Virus record (IMG/VR): IMGVR_UViG_3300019378_000009
Location: 32,001-96,000 of that record
Source of the DNA: a virus
Lineage: Duplodnaviria; Caudoviricetes
DNA: 64,000 bases
Reading direction: 5' to 3' (one strand)
This document shows, one piece after another, positions 9,642-20,896 of the stretch; within the stretch, counting starts at the first letter, position 1, and each line of letters starts with the position of its first letter. The notes beneath the pieces were generated by a model. The model searched no databases and had not been told where the DNA came from. It was given only the letters and a program-made list of their open reading frames with translations. Both the position numbers and the translations under genes were made by a program.

Positions 9642-10646
9642 ATGGCAATCAATCTTGATGATGTAAAACCTAATGTGGTTACTGCCGACCCTGTGAGTAA
9701 AATTTGGTTGTTTTATGGAGAGATGGGCACAAGAAAGACTTCTGTAGCTTGTGCCTTCCCCAACCATTTGCTTATCGCTTATGATATTGGATATAAGTTT
9801 ATTAATGGCGCTAATGCTCTTCCAGTACAGAACTGGAATGATTTTAAGAGTGTTACAAAGCAGTTAGATTTACAAAAGAATAAAGATAGATTTTCTACCG
9901 TTATTATTGATACTGCCGGTAAGTGTTATCAAGCTTGTTACAAGTATATGTGTAACCAGATGGGAGTTAGTGATCCCACAGAAGCAGGTAAGTATGGTAT
10001 TGGTTGGAAGAAAATTCGTGATGAATTTGAAACCACTATCTATTCTATTGCACAAAAAGGTTATGGTGTAATTCTTCTTGCTCATTCAGATGAGGTGGAA
10101 AAGGAAGATTCTACAACAAAACAGAAATATATCCAAACAAAAATTGATACAGATAGACGACCAGAAATTATCATAAAACAGATGTCAGACTTTGTGTTTT
10201 ATTTGCACAAAGAAATAAAACCAGAAACAAATGAGCCTACAGTATATGCTTACACCAACTTGGTTCAAATTGATACAAAAACGCGTAGCCGTTATTTCTC
10301 ACCCAAATTTGAGTTTACATATGAAAATTTGTGTGCCGAACTAGAAAATGCGGTGGCAAAGCAGTACGAAATGGAGAATTTGGCACGTCCTGAAAACTAT
10401 GTAGAAATAAATCCTTATGTTAAAGAAGCGGTTAATTTTGCAGAATTAAAAGCAAAAGTAATTAGTTTGGCACAAGATTTGCTGGGTTGTGGAAATATTT
10501 CAGCTGAAAATGATACAACCACATTGCTATCTAATATGTTTAAGGGAGTGCCCGTCAGTCAGGTGGAAGAATCACCCGCAATGATAGAAACCCTACAAGT
10601 TGCTTGTACCTCTCTTGAGGAAATAAAGGAGCGTTATAGTGTGTGA
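9642..10646 (+). CDS. Sak4-like / AAA_24 ATPase (ssDNA-annealing recombinase)
   Basis: FYGEMGTRKT P-loop, VIIDT Walker B, YGIGW, VILLAHS. Confidence 0.75.
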   Translation: MAINLDDVKPNVVTADPVSKIWLFYGEMGTRKTSVACAFPNHLLIAYDIGYKFINGANALPVQNWNDFKSVTKQLDLQKNKDRFSTVIIDTAGKCYQACYKYMCNQMGVSDPTEAGKYGIGWKKIRDEFETTIYSIAQKGYGVILLAHSDEVEKEDSTTKQKYIQTKIDTDRRPEIIIKQMSDFVFYLHKEIKPETNEPTVYAYTNLVQIDTKTRSRYFSPKFEFTYENLCAELENAVAKQYEMENLARPENYVEINPYVKEAVNFAELKAKVISLAQDLLGCGNISAENDTTTLLSNMFKGVPVSQVEESPAMIETLQVACTSLEEIKERYSV

Positions 10647-11037
10647 AAAACCGTATTCAAGAGCAGAGCTTGAACAATTGATTAAAGATTTGCTTGATAT
10701 TACGGAGCTTCCATTTCAAATTAAACGACAAATAAGAGATTTTACTGAGCGCGGGTTTACCTACAAAGGCATAGCCCGTGCTCTTTGTTATTTGATAGAT
10801 GCTAAAGGTTTTAATTTTAGAGCATCATATCAACAATATGGAATTGGAATTGTAAAAACCGTATATATAGAAGCGCAGAACTTTTTTGAAAAGTTAAGAC
10901 AAGAAAAAGAAAAGCAAGCTCAAAGACAACAAGAAATCATTTTAGCCGCAAACAACAGTTCGCAGACAATTTATTGCGGCGTTGGTGATATAAAAAAGAA
11001 AGTAAGAAAAAAAGGCATAGATATTTCAAGTTTATAA
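10639..11037 (+). CDS. hypothetical protein upstream of the helicase
   Basis: AAGGAG SD; GIGIV..Y.EA..F pattern; position in the replication operon. Confidence 0.6.
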   Translation: MCEKPYSRAELEQLIKDLLDITELPFQIKRQIRDFTERGFTYKGIARALCYLIDAKGFNFRASYQQYGIGIVKTVYIEAQNFFEKLRQEKEKQAQRQQEIILAANNSSQTIYCGVGDIKKKVRKKGIDISSL

Positions 11038-11053
11038 TGGAGTTTAAGGACTA

Positions 11054-12592
11054 ATGAGTATAATTAAAAATGAAGATTTATTTAGCACAGAGGCAGCCAT
11101 GTATGTATGTGGTTGCATTATGCGCAAACCAAGTTTATTGTTGGAAACGGATAGATATATACTCACAGTCCGTGATTTTCCACATAGAATTTTTAAAATC
11201 ATTTTCTCTTGTTTATATAATATGGCATATGAGGGTGTTACTGAAGTAGACCCAGTATCTTTTATTACATATTTACAGCGCACTGAAGTTCAATTTGAAG
11301 TATTCAAAAGTGCAAATGGTGAAATGCTATTAAATATGGTATATGAAAATGCTGCAAATTGGAATGAATCTAATTTTGAAGCAAATTATATGTGGTTGAA
11401 AAAGCTATCTACTTTAAGAGATTTGCAGGAAAATGGTTTTTCTATTGATGATTTTATTAAAGATGATGCACTTTCTCGTGCGGAAAGTTTTGAAAAATTA
11501 AACCACACTACAATTCCAGAAATTATACAAAAAGTAAAGAATAAGTTACAAATAGTTGAAAATAATAACTATAAATCGCAAGAGGTAACTGGTAGTGCCG
11601 CATCCGTAGGAGTCAGAGAACTTCTAGAAGAATTGAAGAATATCCCTGAAGTTGGTATTCCTATTGAAGGAGATATATTAAATTATACAACCAGAGGATG
11701 TCGTAAAGGTAAGATGTATATGTATTCTGCTCCTTCTGGATTTGGTAAGACGAGATGTATGGTAGGTAATGCTTGTCCTATAGCTTTTCCTAAAATTGAA
11801 AGAGGAAAAATATTATCACGCCCAGATTTAAGCAAAGTGTTGTTTATTGCAACAGAAATGCAAAAAGATGAAATACAAACTCTTATTTTAGCTTGGATTA
11901 GTGGCGTAAATGAAGAGCATATTTTGTTGAACACTTGTTCACCAGAAGAAAAAAGATTGCTCAATATAGCCGTTAATATTATGGAGAAGTATCAAGACAA
12001 TTTTATAATTGAAATTGTTACAGATCCTGGTGTAGCTAAATTAAAGCGTATGATAACAAACTATATAATTGAACAAGATGTACAATATGTATTTTATGAC
12101 TATATATTTACTTCACCCTCTCTTATGGCTGAATTTCCTAGTGTTAGAGAAGATGTAGCGTTGATGATGTTATCAAATACTTTAAAAGAAATTGCGGCAG
12201 AATATAATATATTTATAATGACTGGCTCTCAGCTGAACGGAGAATGGCAGAAAACAACAGTACGAAATGCAAATCTTTTACGTGGTGCTAAGGCATTGGC
12301 GGATAAGATAGACGTTGGTATTATTGGTGTATTAGCCACTCCAGAAGAGTTGGAAAATATTGCTGATGTATTGACAACCATGCATTATCAAAAACCTAAT
12401 GTAGTTATGGATATTTATAAAAATCGTCGCGGCAAGATGTGCAATATAAAAATATTTAGATATTTTGATTATGGTACATGTCGTAGCCAAGATATTATAG
12501 CAACACATCAAGATTACAGCGGATTGGGAGATTTGCCAATCTTAAAATATGCAACAACAGAAGAGGAAATGAGTGCTTATGACATTAACTGA
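11054..12592 (+). CDS. dnaB: DnaB-like replicative helicase
   Basis: SGFGKT Walker A, ATEM, FYDYI, SQLN, LRGAKALADKID, YKNRRG. Confidence 0.9.
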   Translation: MSIIKNEDLFSTEAAMYVCGCIMRKPSLLLETDRYILTVRDFPHRIFKIIFSCLYNMAYEGVTEVDPVSFITYLQRTEVQFEVFKSANGEMLLNMVYENAANWNESNFEANYMWLKKLSTLRDLQENGFSIDDFIKDDALSRAESFEKLNHTTIPEIIQKVKNKLQIVENNNYKSQEVTGSAASVGVRELLEELKNIPEVGIPIEGDILNYTTRGCRKGKMYMYSAPSGFGKTRCMVGNACPIAFPKIERGKILSRPDLSKVLFIATEMQKDEIQTLILAWISGVNEEHILLNTCSPEEKRLLNIAVNIMEKYQDNFIIEIVTDPGVAKLKRMITNYIIEQDVQYVFYDYIFTSPSLMAEFPSVREDVALMMLSNTLKEIAAEYNIFIMTGSQLNGEWQKTTVRNANLLRGAKALADKIDVGIIGVLATPEELENIADVLTTMHYQKPNVVMDIYKNRRGKMCNIKIFRYFDYGTCRSQDIIATHQDYSGLGDLPILKYATTEEEMSAYDIN

Positions 12593-13640
12593 AATTAGAC
12601 AATCTCTATCTGCGGACAATATTATGCAAATATTGTCCAAGTATAATGTTTATCCAGTAATGCAAACTGAAAGCGCTATTATTTTCCCTACTTGTTGTCA
12701 CAATGCAGTCGGCGGCTCAGCTAAATTGTATTACTATATGGATTCGTGCTTATTTCACTGTTATACAGAATGTAATGCTAGTTTTGATATTTTTGAATTA
12801 ATTATCAAAATTGAAAAGTTGCGCGGCAAAGATATTGTTTTATGGCAGGCATTGGATATTGCGGGAATTAATCCTCGTAGTGTTCAAGATATGAGTAATG
12901 ATACTGAATATCAAAAAGCAGTTGATTATATGTATCAGTTTACAAAGTCTATTTATAAAACTATGGATTTGCCGCCCATTGATGAGTCGGTGTTAAAGGC
13001 ATCTATTTTTAATACTGATGTTTTGTCCATATGGGAAATGGAGGGTATTACTCTATCAACTATGAAAAAATATAGTATAGGATATGACCCGATTGCAAAC
13101 TGTATTACAATACCAATTTTTGACGACAAAGGAAAGTTAATTAGTGTAAGAGGTAGATATTTGGCAGAAGAAGAAAATGTTAAATATAAGCCAATTACAT
13201 TTGGAAATAAAATTTTATCCGCGCCAAGTTCGCAAATATTATTCGGTTTAAATCAAACCATAAACGCAATTAAAAACACTAAAACTGCTGTTATATTTGA
13301 GTCAGAAAAGTCCGTGTTGATGATGGACAGCTATTTTGGAAAAAACAATAATAGCGTAGCGACACTTGGTAAAAATATTTCTAATCAGCATATACTTTTA
13401 TTAAAAAATGCTGGGGCAGAGGAAGTTATTTTGGCTTATGACGCGGATTATCGGACAGAAAAAGAAACAAAAAATAAATTTGAAGAATATAAAAAGATTG
13501 CAAAAACTTTAGCGCCATTTTTTAGTACGAGCGTTCTTATGGATTGGTCACATTTGTTACCATATAAAGCTTCGCCTATTGATTGTGGCAAAGAAATTTT
13601 TAATAAGTTATTGGAGAGTAGATATTATGTTAAATTTTAA
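12573..13640 (+). CDS. dnaG: DNA primase (Zn finger + TOPRIM)
   Basis: CCHN...CYTEC Zn finger, IPI.D..G.LISVRGR, LFGLN, FESEKS, AYDAD. Confidence 0.85.
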   Translation: MLMTLTEIRQSLSADNIMQILSKYNVYPVMQTESAIIFPTCCHNAVGGSAKLYYYMDSCLFHCYTECNASFDIFELIIKIEKLRGKDIVLWQALDIAGINPRSVQDMSNDTEYQKAVDYMYQFTKSIYKTMDLPPIDESVLKASIFNTDVLSIWEMEGITLSTMKKYSIGYDPIANCITIPIFDDKGKLISVRGRYLAEEENVKYKPITFGNKILSAPSSQILFGLNQTINAIKNTKTAVIFESEKSVLMMDSYFGKNNNSVATLGKNISNQHILLLKNAGAEEVILAYDADYRTEKETKNKFEEYKKIAKTLAPFFSTSVLMDWSHLLPYKASPIDCGKEIFNKLLESRYYVKF

Positions 13641-15384
13641 ATTAAATCCTAATGCAATTGATAGTAATTCTACTGCGCCTTTGGCTGATTATTTGCGCTC
13701 ATTGGGTATAGAAGCAGTAGAAGAATTTATGAAAGTTCCAAATAGATCAAATGAACTTGATGGGGAACTTTTAGAAAATGCTTTACATACAGTAGCTTGG
13801 TTAAATAAATTATTTACTGAAAATAAGAAATTCTTTTTAATTGTAGACTGCGACACTGACGGTTTTACATCCTCTGCAATATTTTATAATTATTTTAAAA
13901 AGCTGTTTCCGGATGCGGACATACAATGGATGTTACACGAAGAGAAGCAGCATGGTATAGAATTGGATAAAATACCAGAAGATAGGGAAGTTATTATAGT
14001 ACCAGATGCAGGTAGCAATCAGTTACATGAAATGGAAGTTCTAAATGCGCAGGGTAAATATGTATTTATTATGGATCACCACCAAGTAGAGAAGCCTATT
14101 CCCGTAGGCATGGAGTATATAACTGTGGTTAATAATCAGACGTCTGATTTATTTTCCAATAAGGCCTTAAGTGGTGCTGGAGTGACATTTAAAATTGTAC
14201 AACTATATGATAAAGTATATAATTGGCATGGTGCTAATGAACTGTATGATCTAGCAGCTTTGGGAATTATTGCAGACTGTATGGATAGCAGAACATTAGA
14301 TAATAATTATATTATCTACAGAGGATTAAACAATGTGGTTAATCCAATGTTTAAGGCACTTTTAGATAAGCAAGCGTATTCTATTGAAGGTGATATTCCT
14401 ACCAAAATTGATGTTGCATTTTATATTGCACCCCTGATTAATGGTACGATTAGGATGGGAACAATGGAAGAGAAAGAACTTCTGTTCCGTGGTTTTATTG
14501 AAACAAAACATACTGAATTTTATCCGCACGAATGGCGCGGCACCACTACGATGGAAGACTTTTATCATCGTTCTGCTCGTATAGCCTATAATGTAAAGAA
14601 CGAACAAAACAGGCTAAAGATGAAATGCTTGGAGTTTCTTCAGAAGCGTGTGGAAGAAAATGGTTTAAATAATAACCAAATTATTGCTGTTGTTGTATCA
14701 GATGATGACGAGGTAGTTGTTCCAAAAACCATTACCGGACTTGTGGCTATGGAATTGTTAAGACTATATGGTAAGCCATCACTAGTATTAAGACCGGTTA
14801 TCGACGCAGAAGGCAATAAAACTTTTGCAGGAAGCGGAAGAAGTTATAGTTATGAGCAACTTCCTTCATTTTTGCAGTTTGTACGCGACCAAGAAGAAAG
14901 CGTATACGCTCAAGGACATTCATGCGCGTTCGGTGCCTCTATTAAGGCGGAAGAGTTTGAACATTTTATTGAAACTTGTAATGAAAAAATGTCACATATT
15001 GATTTTTCCAACAATGCGATTATGGTAGACGCTATATTTGAGAATAATATAAACCCATTATTGATATACGAATTTGCTCAGGGAAAAGCCATATATGGCA
15101 ATAGCATACCACAACCGCAAATAGCAGTTCGCGCCAGAGTCAATAAAAATGATATTCGTATTATGGGAAAAGATGCAAGTAGCATTAGAATTACAATTAA
15201 AAACATTCCATTTGTAAAATTTAAAGACGCTGAACTGGCAAAAAAATTACAAAGCGCATCTAATTTTATAGTTACTGTTATAGGTAAGCCTGCTCTTAAT
15301 ACATATAATGGAGCGACTACCTCTCAAGTAAAAATTACTGATATAGAAGTTGAACCAATAGCTAATACTGGAGGATTATTTTAA
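13627..15384 (+). CDS. recJ: RecJ-like ssDNA exonuclease (DHH family)
   Basis: DCDTDG, PDAG, DHH, LSGAGV, APLING, GSGRS, GHSCAFG. Likely start is ATG 13627. Confidence 0.9.
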   Translation: MLNFKLNPNAIDSNSTAPLADYLRSLGIEAVEEFMKVPNRSNELDGELLENALHTVAWLNKLFTENKKFFLIVDCDTDGFTSSAIFYNYFKKLFPDADIQWMLHEEKQHGIELDKIPEDREVIIVPDAGSNQLHEMEVLNAQGKYVFIMDHHQVEKPIPVGMEYITVVNNQTSDLFSNKALSGAGVTFKIVQLYDKVYNWHGANELYDLAALGIIADCMDSRTLDNNYIIYRGLNNVVNPMFKALLDKQAYSIEGDIPTKIDVAFYIAPLINGTIRMGTMEEKELLFRGFIETKHTEFYPHEWRGTTTMEDFYHRSARIAYNVKNEQNRLKMKCLEFLQKRVEENGLNNNQIIAVVVSDDDEVVVPKTITGLVAMELLRLYGKPSLVLRPVIDAEGNKTFAGSGRSYSYEQLPSFLQFVRDQEESVYAQGHSCAFGASIKAEEFEHFIETCNEKMSHIDFSNNAIMVDAIFENNINPLLIYEFAQGKAIYGNSIPQPQIAVRARVNKNDIRIMGKDASSIRITIKNIPFVKFKDAELAKKLQSASNFIVTVIGKPALNTYNGATTSQVKITDIEVEPIANTGGLF

Positions 15385-15773
15385 TGGATACTTGGTATAA
15401 ATATAAAAACACTAGTTTTAAAATAGATTTAAACAAAGTTAATATTTCAAAACAAATTTGTTATGGGAACTTTTTATTGGCATCAATTTTGTGGAAAACA
15501 ATAAAGAGCAAGCCTTCACAGTCTATGTTCAATAAGTTTTTCTCTAATGCTGCTATTGTTCTTCAAGCAACAGTTGCGCAAAAGGGCTTTAACAACAAAG
15601 AAATTGGCGATGCTTATAATTATATTGATAAGATTACTAAGGATTTAATTGCAAATAGCAATAGCGCGGAAGATTATGCATTGATGCTTGGAAATATTTC
15701 CGAGTTCGATGATATGAACTACACTTTCACGGAATTGATTGCTTTTGTGCGGGCAATTGCGACAAAAATTTGA
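15384..15773 (+). CDS. hypothetical protein
   Basis: GGAGG SD; translationally coupled to recJ. Confidence 0.6.
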   Translation: MDTWYKYKNTSFKIDLNKVNISKQICYGNFLLASILWKTIKSKPSQSMFNKFFSNAAIVLQATVAQKGFNNKEIGDAYNYIDKITKDLIANSNSAEDYALMLGNISEFDDMNYTFTELIAFVRAIATKI

Positions 15774-15798
15774 TTTTTTGTGAATTTTGTGTTATAAT
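15770..15798 (+). promoter_or_regulatory. sigmaA promoter of dnaE
   Basis: TTGATT-N17-TATAAT with TG. Confidence 0.65.
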
Positions 15799-15828
15799 AT
15801 TAATAGAAAATAATAAAAGGAGAGTTTT

Positions 15829-18800
15829 ATGAATATTAATACATATGCAAGCTTGCATAATCATTCAGAGATCTCCAATCTGAAGTTAATAGATAGCATA
15901 AACAAAATTGAAGATTTAATCCAATATGCCGTGGATTTAGGATTGGCAGGAGTGGCTATAACAGACCACGACTCTGTTGGCGGCCATGTTCGTGCATGGA
16001 ATTATTACAACAGCCTGCCAGAAGAAGTAAGAAATAATTTTAAACTTATTCTTGGAAATGAGATTTATCTTTGTCGCAGTGACTTGACTGCAGAGACTCA
16101 TCAAAAAGGCGAAAAATTTTATCATCTTATTCTAATCGCTCTTGATGATATTGGTCACGAGCAAATTAGAGAATTAAGTACACGCGCTTGGTCTCGTTCT
16201 TATATGAAAGCAATTATGAGAACGCCAACTTATAGTGAAGACTTGTTTGATATTATTGGCGCAAACCCGGGGCATGTTATAGCAACAACTGCTTGTCTTG
16301 GTGGATATTGTGGCTCGAAATATGCGCTCAGAGAATATGAAGCAATTGAAAGACATCTTGGTATGATGGAAGAGCTGTTTGGTAAAGAGAACTTTTTTAT
16401 TGAACTACAACCCTCCAAACAATCTGACCAGTTGATGTATAATAAATATATGGCTGCGACATATTGGGATAGATATAATTTTATTTGCACAACAGACTCG
16501 CACTATTTGAAAAAAGATGATGCAGCAATTCATAAAGTATTCTTAAATTCTAAAAGCAGTGGTGACAGAGAAGTAGACAGTTTCTATGCCTCCGCTTATA
16601 TGATGGGATTTAAAGAAATACAAGAATATTTTGATAATGCTAATATGCATGACGAATTTATGCAAATGGCGGCAAATACACTTTCTATTTGCGAAAGAGT
16701 GCAAGGATATAATTTAAAACAAAACTCAATTATACCTAAAATTAAATATGAAAATAATTCAGAATCTGTATTGGCAGTTAATTCTTTTATAGAATGGGCA
16801 CAAACCATCACTTCTGATGTAGATTATATTCTTAAAATGTTTACGGAAGTTAATCCCGCAGATGTTTATATGCTTTATCTTGTTTCTCAAGGTTGGCACA
16901 AAATTAAAGACCTACCAAATCAAGAAAAATATATTGTAGAGTTAAACTACGAATGTGAACAATTATATAAAATTAGCAAGCAACTTGAACAAAGTATGAG
17001 CGACTATTTCATCACAATGGCAAAGATGATTGACATTATGTGGGAAGAAGCTGGTACACTTGTTGGTCCGGCTCGTGGTTCCGCAGGTAGTAGTTTGATT
17101 GCATATTTACTGGGTATTACACAGATTAATCCTCTTACTCAACCAGTAGAACTCCCATTCTGGCGCTTCCTACACGCAGAGAGACCTGGTCTTCCTGATA
17201 TTGATATAGATACAGAAGCCGATAAGCGAGTTGCTGTATTTAATAAGGTAAGAGATTATTTCCAGTCTCTTGGTGGAGATATGATACACGTATGTACATA
17301 CGGAACAGAAGGTAGTAAGTCTGCTATTAAAACCGCGGCAAGAGGTTTGGGTATAGATGATGATGTGGTTTCATATTTTAGTTCTATGATACCAAATGAA
17401 CGTGGTTTTGACTGGACATTGAAACAATGTTATCTTGGAGACGATGACCATCGCGCTATCCCCGCATTTAAAGCAGAAATGGATAAATATCCTATGTTGT
17501 GGAAAGTAGCAAGTGCCATTGAGGGCATGATAACTAGATTAGGTTGTCATGCTTCTGGTGTATTAGCTCTTAACCAACCTATTTGGAAAAATAACGCAGC
17601 GATGAAAACCAGCAAAGGCATTCTGGTAACCGCGTATGACCTGGAAGATACCGAGCAGTTAGGTGGAGTTAAATATGACTATCTTACTGTACAAGCACTG
17701 GATAAAATACATGTATGTATGAACTGGTTGCTTGAAGATAAGCATATAGAATGGCAAGGAGACTTGCGAAAAACATATACTAAATATATTTCACCTGATG
17801 CTATCAATTATACTGATAAAGGTATGTGGGATAGCTTGTGTAACAAAGAAATTCCTAGTACGTTCCAGTTTGATACGGCACAGGGAGGACAGGCAGTTAA
17901 TCTTATTCAGCCGCATAGTTTACTCGAGTTGTTAACAGGAAACTCTGTCATGAGACTTATGGCTCAAGATGGTGGTGAGTTACCTTTGGAGATATACGCA
18001 AAACATAAGGCAGACATTAATATTTGGTATAGAAAAATGCGCGAAGCAAACTTAAACGATGTAGAAATTCAAATTCTTGAATCACATTTGCTTCCCGTTT
18101 ATGGTGTTGCGGCGTCGCAGGAGTCAATGATGAAGTTGGCTATGGATGACAAGATTGCGGGCTTTACTATTGGTGAAGCGAACATTCTTCGTAAGGCAGT
18201 AGCAAAGAAAAAGAGAGATTTGCTTGAAAAAGGTAAAAATCTTTTCTATCAAAAAGGATTGGAAAGAGGAACCAGACTTGAGTTATTGGATTATGTATGG
18301 AATGTACAAATTATGACGCAGGCTGGTTATTCATTCAGTGACATTCACACAACTGCATATTCATATATAGCAATTCAGGAAATGAATTTGTGTTATTTTT
18401 ATCCTGATATTTATTGGAAAACTGCTTGTCTTTCTACAGATGCAGGCGCAATTAATGCAGAAGATTTTTATAACTTAAATGAGCAGAATATTGTAACGGC
18501 AACAGAAGAAGAAGATAAGCGTGAACAAAATAAGGTTCAATACGGTAAAATGGCAAGTGCCATTATTAAATTACAGGAATTTACTGAAGTTGCTCTGCCA
18601 GACATTAACAGCGCACGATTTGGTTTTACACCAAATGAACAAGACAATAGCGTAATGTTTGGGTTGAGAGGAATTTCTCGCGTTGGAGAGCCAATTATTC
18701 AAGCAATATTAGCCAAAAGACCTTTCACGTCTTTGGAAGACTTTTGTGAAAGAATGGTTGATGAAGATGGTAAGAAACAAATTAGTAAAGATAGGGTTGT

Positions 18801-19758
18801 TAATTTAATTAAGGCTGGTGCATTTAACCATATAGAAAATAAAGCAAGAGCAGAAATCTTATCTGATTATTTGCATAAAACTTGTGAGCCAAAAAGTCGT
18901 TTGACATTACAGAATTTTGCTATGTTAATTGCACATAACCTTATTCCGCAAGAATATAGTTATCAAATTAGAGTATATAATTTTACCAAATATATTCGCA
19001 AACAAAAGTTAGCAAGCAGTTATATTTTGGACTCAGTTGCGATGGATTTTTATATGGAAAATAACTATCCAATGACTTTTGTAAAACAAATGACCAATAC
19101 AGATGGCATGATTGTAAATACAATTTCTAAAACTACTTGGGACAGCATATATGAAAGTGAAATGAATAAAGTTCGCGCTTTTATAAAAAGCAATCATGAT
19201 GTTCTATTGAATAACTTAAATGAACAGTTGTTCGCGGCTGAGTGGAATAAGTATGCTAGCGGCGATGAGTTAAAATGGGAGCTTGATTCTATGAGTTTCT
19301 ATTATAGCGGACATCCACTAACTAAGGTAGAATTGCCTATTGAAATTTCTGGAGTAAAAGACTTGGTTGAGAACGAGTTTGATGGCTTTTGGACAATCAA
19401 AGGTAAGCAAGTGCCTAAATATAGATTGAGAACCATTATTGGCGCGGTTATTGATAAAGATACCACTAAAGGTACATTTACTTTGTCGTGTCCAGACGGA
19501 GTAATTAATGTTAAGGTATTTAAGCAACAATTTGCTCGATATGCGCACACTCTTTCTGAAACAGATGAAGAAGGAAATAAGACAGTGTTAGAAAATAGTT
19601 TCTTTGATAAGGGCACTTTTTTGGCTGTTACAGGCATTTTAAAAGGTGACACTTTTATGCCTAAAACTTATAGAAGCACTGGTTTTGATCCAATATTAAA
19701 AATTGTATTACAAGAAGATGGTTCATTAGATTATCTTATGCGCAAGGCGGAAGAATGA
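15829..19758 (+). CDS. dnaE: DNA polymerase III alpha subunit (family C, DnaE-like)
   Basis: PHP domain (LHNHS, TDHD, DSHY), RGSAGSSLIAYLLGIT, PDIDID, HASGV, KYDYL, YSFS..H. Confidence 0.95.
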   Translation: MNINTYASLHNHSEISNLKLIDSINKIEDLIQYAVDLGLAGVAITDHDSVGGHVRAWNYYNSLPEEVRNNFKLILGNEIYLCRSDLTAETHQKGEKFYHLILIALDDIGHEQIRELSTRAWSRSYMKAIMRTPTYSEDLFDIIGANPGHVIATTACLGGYCGSKYALREYEAIERHLGMMEELFGKENFFIELQPSKQSDQLMYNKYMAATYWDRYNFICTTDSHYLKKDDAAIHKVFLNSKSSGDREVDSFYASAYMMGFKEIQEYFDNANMHDEFMQMAANTLSICERVQGYNLKQNSIIPKIKYENNSESVLAVNSFIEWAQTITSDVDYILKMFTEVNPADVYMLYLVSQGWHKIKDLPNQEKYIVELNYECEQLYKISKQLEQSMSDYFITMAKMIDIMWEEAGTLVGPARGSAGSSLIAYLLGITQINPLTQPVELPFWRFLHAERPGLPDIDIDTEADKRVAVFNKVRDYFQSLGGDMIHVCTYGTEGSKSAIKTAARGLGIDDDVVSYFSSMIPNERGFDWTLKQCYLGDDDHRAIPAFKAEMDKYPMLWKVASAIEGMITRLGCHASGVLALNQPIWKNNAAMKTSKGILVTAYDLEDTEQLGGVKYDYLTVQALDKIHVCMNWLLEDKHIEWQGDLRKTYTKYISPDAINYTDKGMWDSLCNKEIPSTFQFDTAQGGQAVNLIQPHSLLELLTGNSVMRLMAQDGGELPLEIYAKHKADINIWYRKMREANLNDVEIQILESHLLPVYGVAASQESMMKLAMDDKIAGFTIGEANILRKAVAKKKRDLLEKGKNLFYQKGLERGTRLELLDYVWNVQIMTQAGYSFSDIHTTAYSYIAIQEMNLCYFYPDIYWKTACLSTDAGAINAEDFYNLNEQNIVTATEEEDKREQNKVQYGKMASAIIKLQEFTEVALPDINSARFGFTPNEQDNSVMFGLRGISRVGEPIIQAILAKRPFTSLEDFCERMVDEDGKKQISKDRVVNLIKAGAFNHIENKARAEILSDYLHKTCEPKSRLTLQNFAMLIAHNLIPQEYSYQIRVYNFTKYIRKQKLASSYILDSVAMDFYMENNYPMTFVKQMTNTDGMIVNTISKTTWDSIYESEMNKVRAFIKSNHDVLLNNLNEQLFAAEWNKYASGDELKWELDSMSFYYSGHPLTKVELPIEISGVKDLVENEFDGFWTIKGKQVPKYRLRTIIGAVIDKDTTKGTFTLSCPDGVINVKVFKQQFARYAHTLSETDEEGNKTVLENSFFDKGTFLAVTGILKGDTFMPKTYRSTGFDPILKIVLQEDGSLDYLMRKAEE

Positions 19759-20888
19759 TGATAGTTTTAATTTTAGATTTAGATTGGATATTTGATAAAA
19801 GCGAATTACCAAATGTAGATTGTATGAAGCTGTCGTCATTTCACAAGCAGCGCAAAGACACTGTATATTTTGTAGGAGATATGTCTGAGCTAACCATGAC
19901 ATATGATAGATTGTATGTATTCGGTGAATCGGACAGCACTCCCACGATGAGTTCAAAAATTTTAAATGATGAACGCACAGTATTATTTGGAAAAAGATTT
20001 GAGTTATGTGGTGCTAAAAAGTTGGGTACGGTAGTTATGGGATGTCGCCCTGATTATTTGCTTTATGATGTAACAGATGAAAAAAGTAACTCATATATAA
20101 AAGCTAATTTTGTAACTTTTTATACTGATTGCGGCGAAAAAATACAAAAGCGACAATCTTGGAAAAATACAAAAAAGGGTGTAAAGCGTACTATAGTTAC
20201 TGATACTACTTTATGGCGGCAAAAACCAGAAGAAATTGAACAGTGTTTTGAAGAATTAAAAGGCGAAAAAAATATTGTTTTTTTAGCACCAATTTCCATT
20301 AAATTTTTAATCGACAACAGAAGTGTTCAAGAAAAATTTTTTAGATTACATTTCTCAAAAGGTACAAAATTTAAGTGGAGAAATGATATTGGTAGCGACG
20401 AACAATCAGCACAAAAAATTGTGTCATTTTTAAATGATTTTCGTAAACATACAAAAAGCAACATTGGTGCAATCCCAATTCGCGCTATAGAACAGGGCGA
20501 AGTAGAATTGGAAAGTTTAAAACGACTTATTAAAGTTTTTGCCATATTTAAACAAAATAAAATTAAATGCTTTTTGCCGCCAATAGAACATTTGGAGCGT
20601 ATTACATTTCAATGGTTGCGTTCTTGGTGTGAAAAAGGATTTGAAAACAGTTTTATTGAGGAAATGGTATTTTTTGCTTCTGCTTCAAAAGGCACTAGAT
20701 GGTTTCATATTATAAATGAGCCAAAATATTGGGGTACGCAAAAAACGAAGTTTTTAATTAACTTATTGTGTTTTAATGAATGGAGAGAACTATTGCCACA
20801 AATGAGCGTACAATGGGGCAATAATAGCATTGACTGTTCTTGTATAGACTTCAATATAATAGACAAATACGCATTTTCATTAATATAG
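19755..20888 (+). CDS. hypothetical protein with an N-terminus like phage radical-SAM proteins but no CxxxCxxC
   Basis: LDLD...PNVDCMKLSSFHKQRKDTV...PDYLLY; no Fe-S motif seen. Confidence 0.5.
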   Translation: MMIVLILDLDWIFDKSELPNVDCMKLSSFHKQRKDTVYFVGDMSELTMTYDRLYVFGESDSTPTMSSKILNDERTVLFGKRFELCGAKKLGTVVMGCRPDYLLYDVTDEKSNSYIKANFVTFYTDCGEKIQKRQSWKNTKKGVKRTIVTDTTLWRQKPEEIEQCFEELKGEKNIVFLAPISIKFLIDNRSVQEKFFRLHFSKGTKFKWRNDIGSDEQSAQKIVSFLNDFRKHTKSNIGAIPIRAIEQGEVELESLKRLIKVFAIFKQNKIKCFLPPIEHLERITFQWLRSWCEKGFENSFIEEMVFFASASKGTRWFHIINEPKYWGTQKTKFLINLLCFNEWRELLPQMSVQWGNNSIDCSCIDFNIIDKYAFSLI

Positions 20889-20896
20889 GAGAATTT

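Noticed and set aside
16266-16271. CCCGGG inside dnaE
   Set aside because: It is a single coding occurrence (ACCCGGGG) without the cassette context, so it is likely chance.
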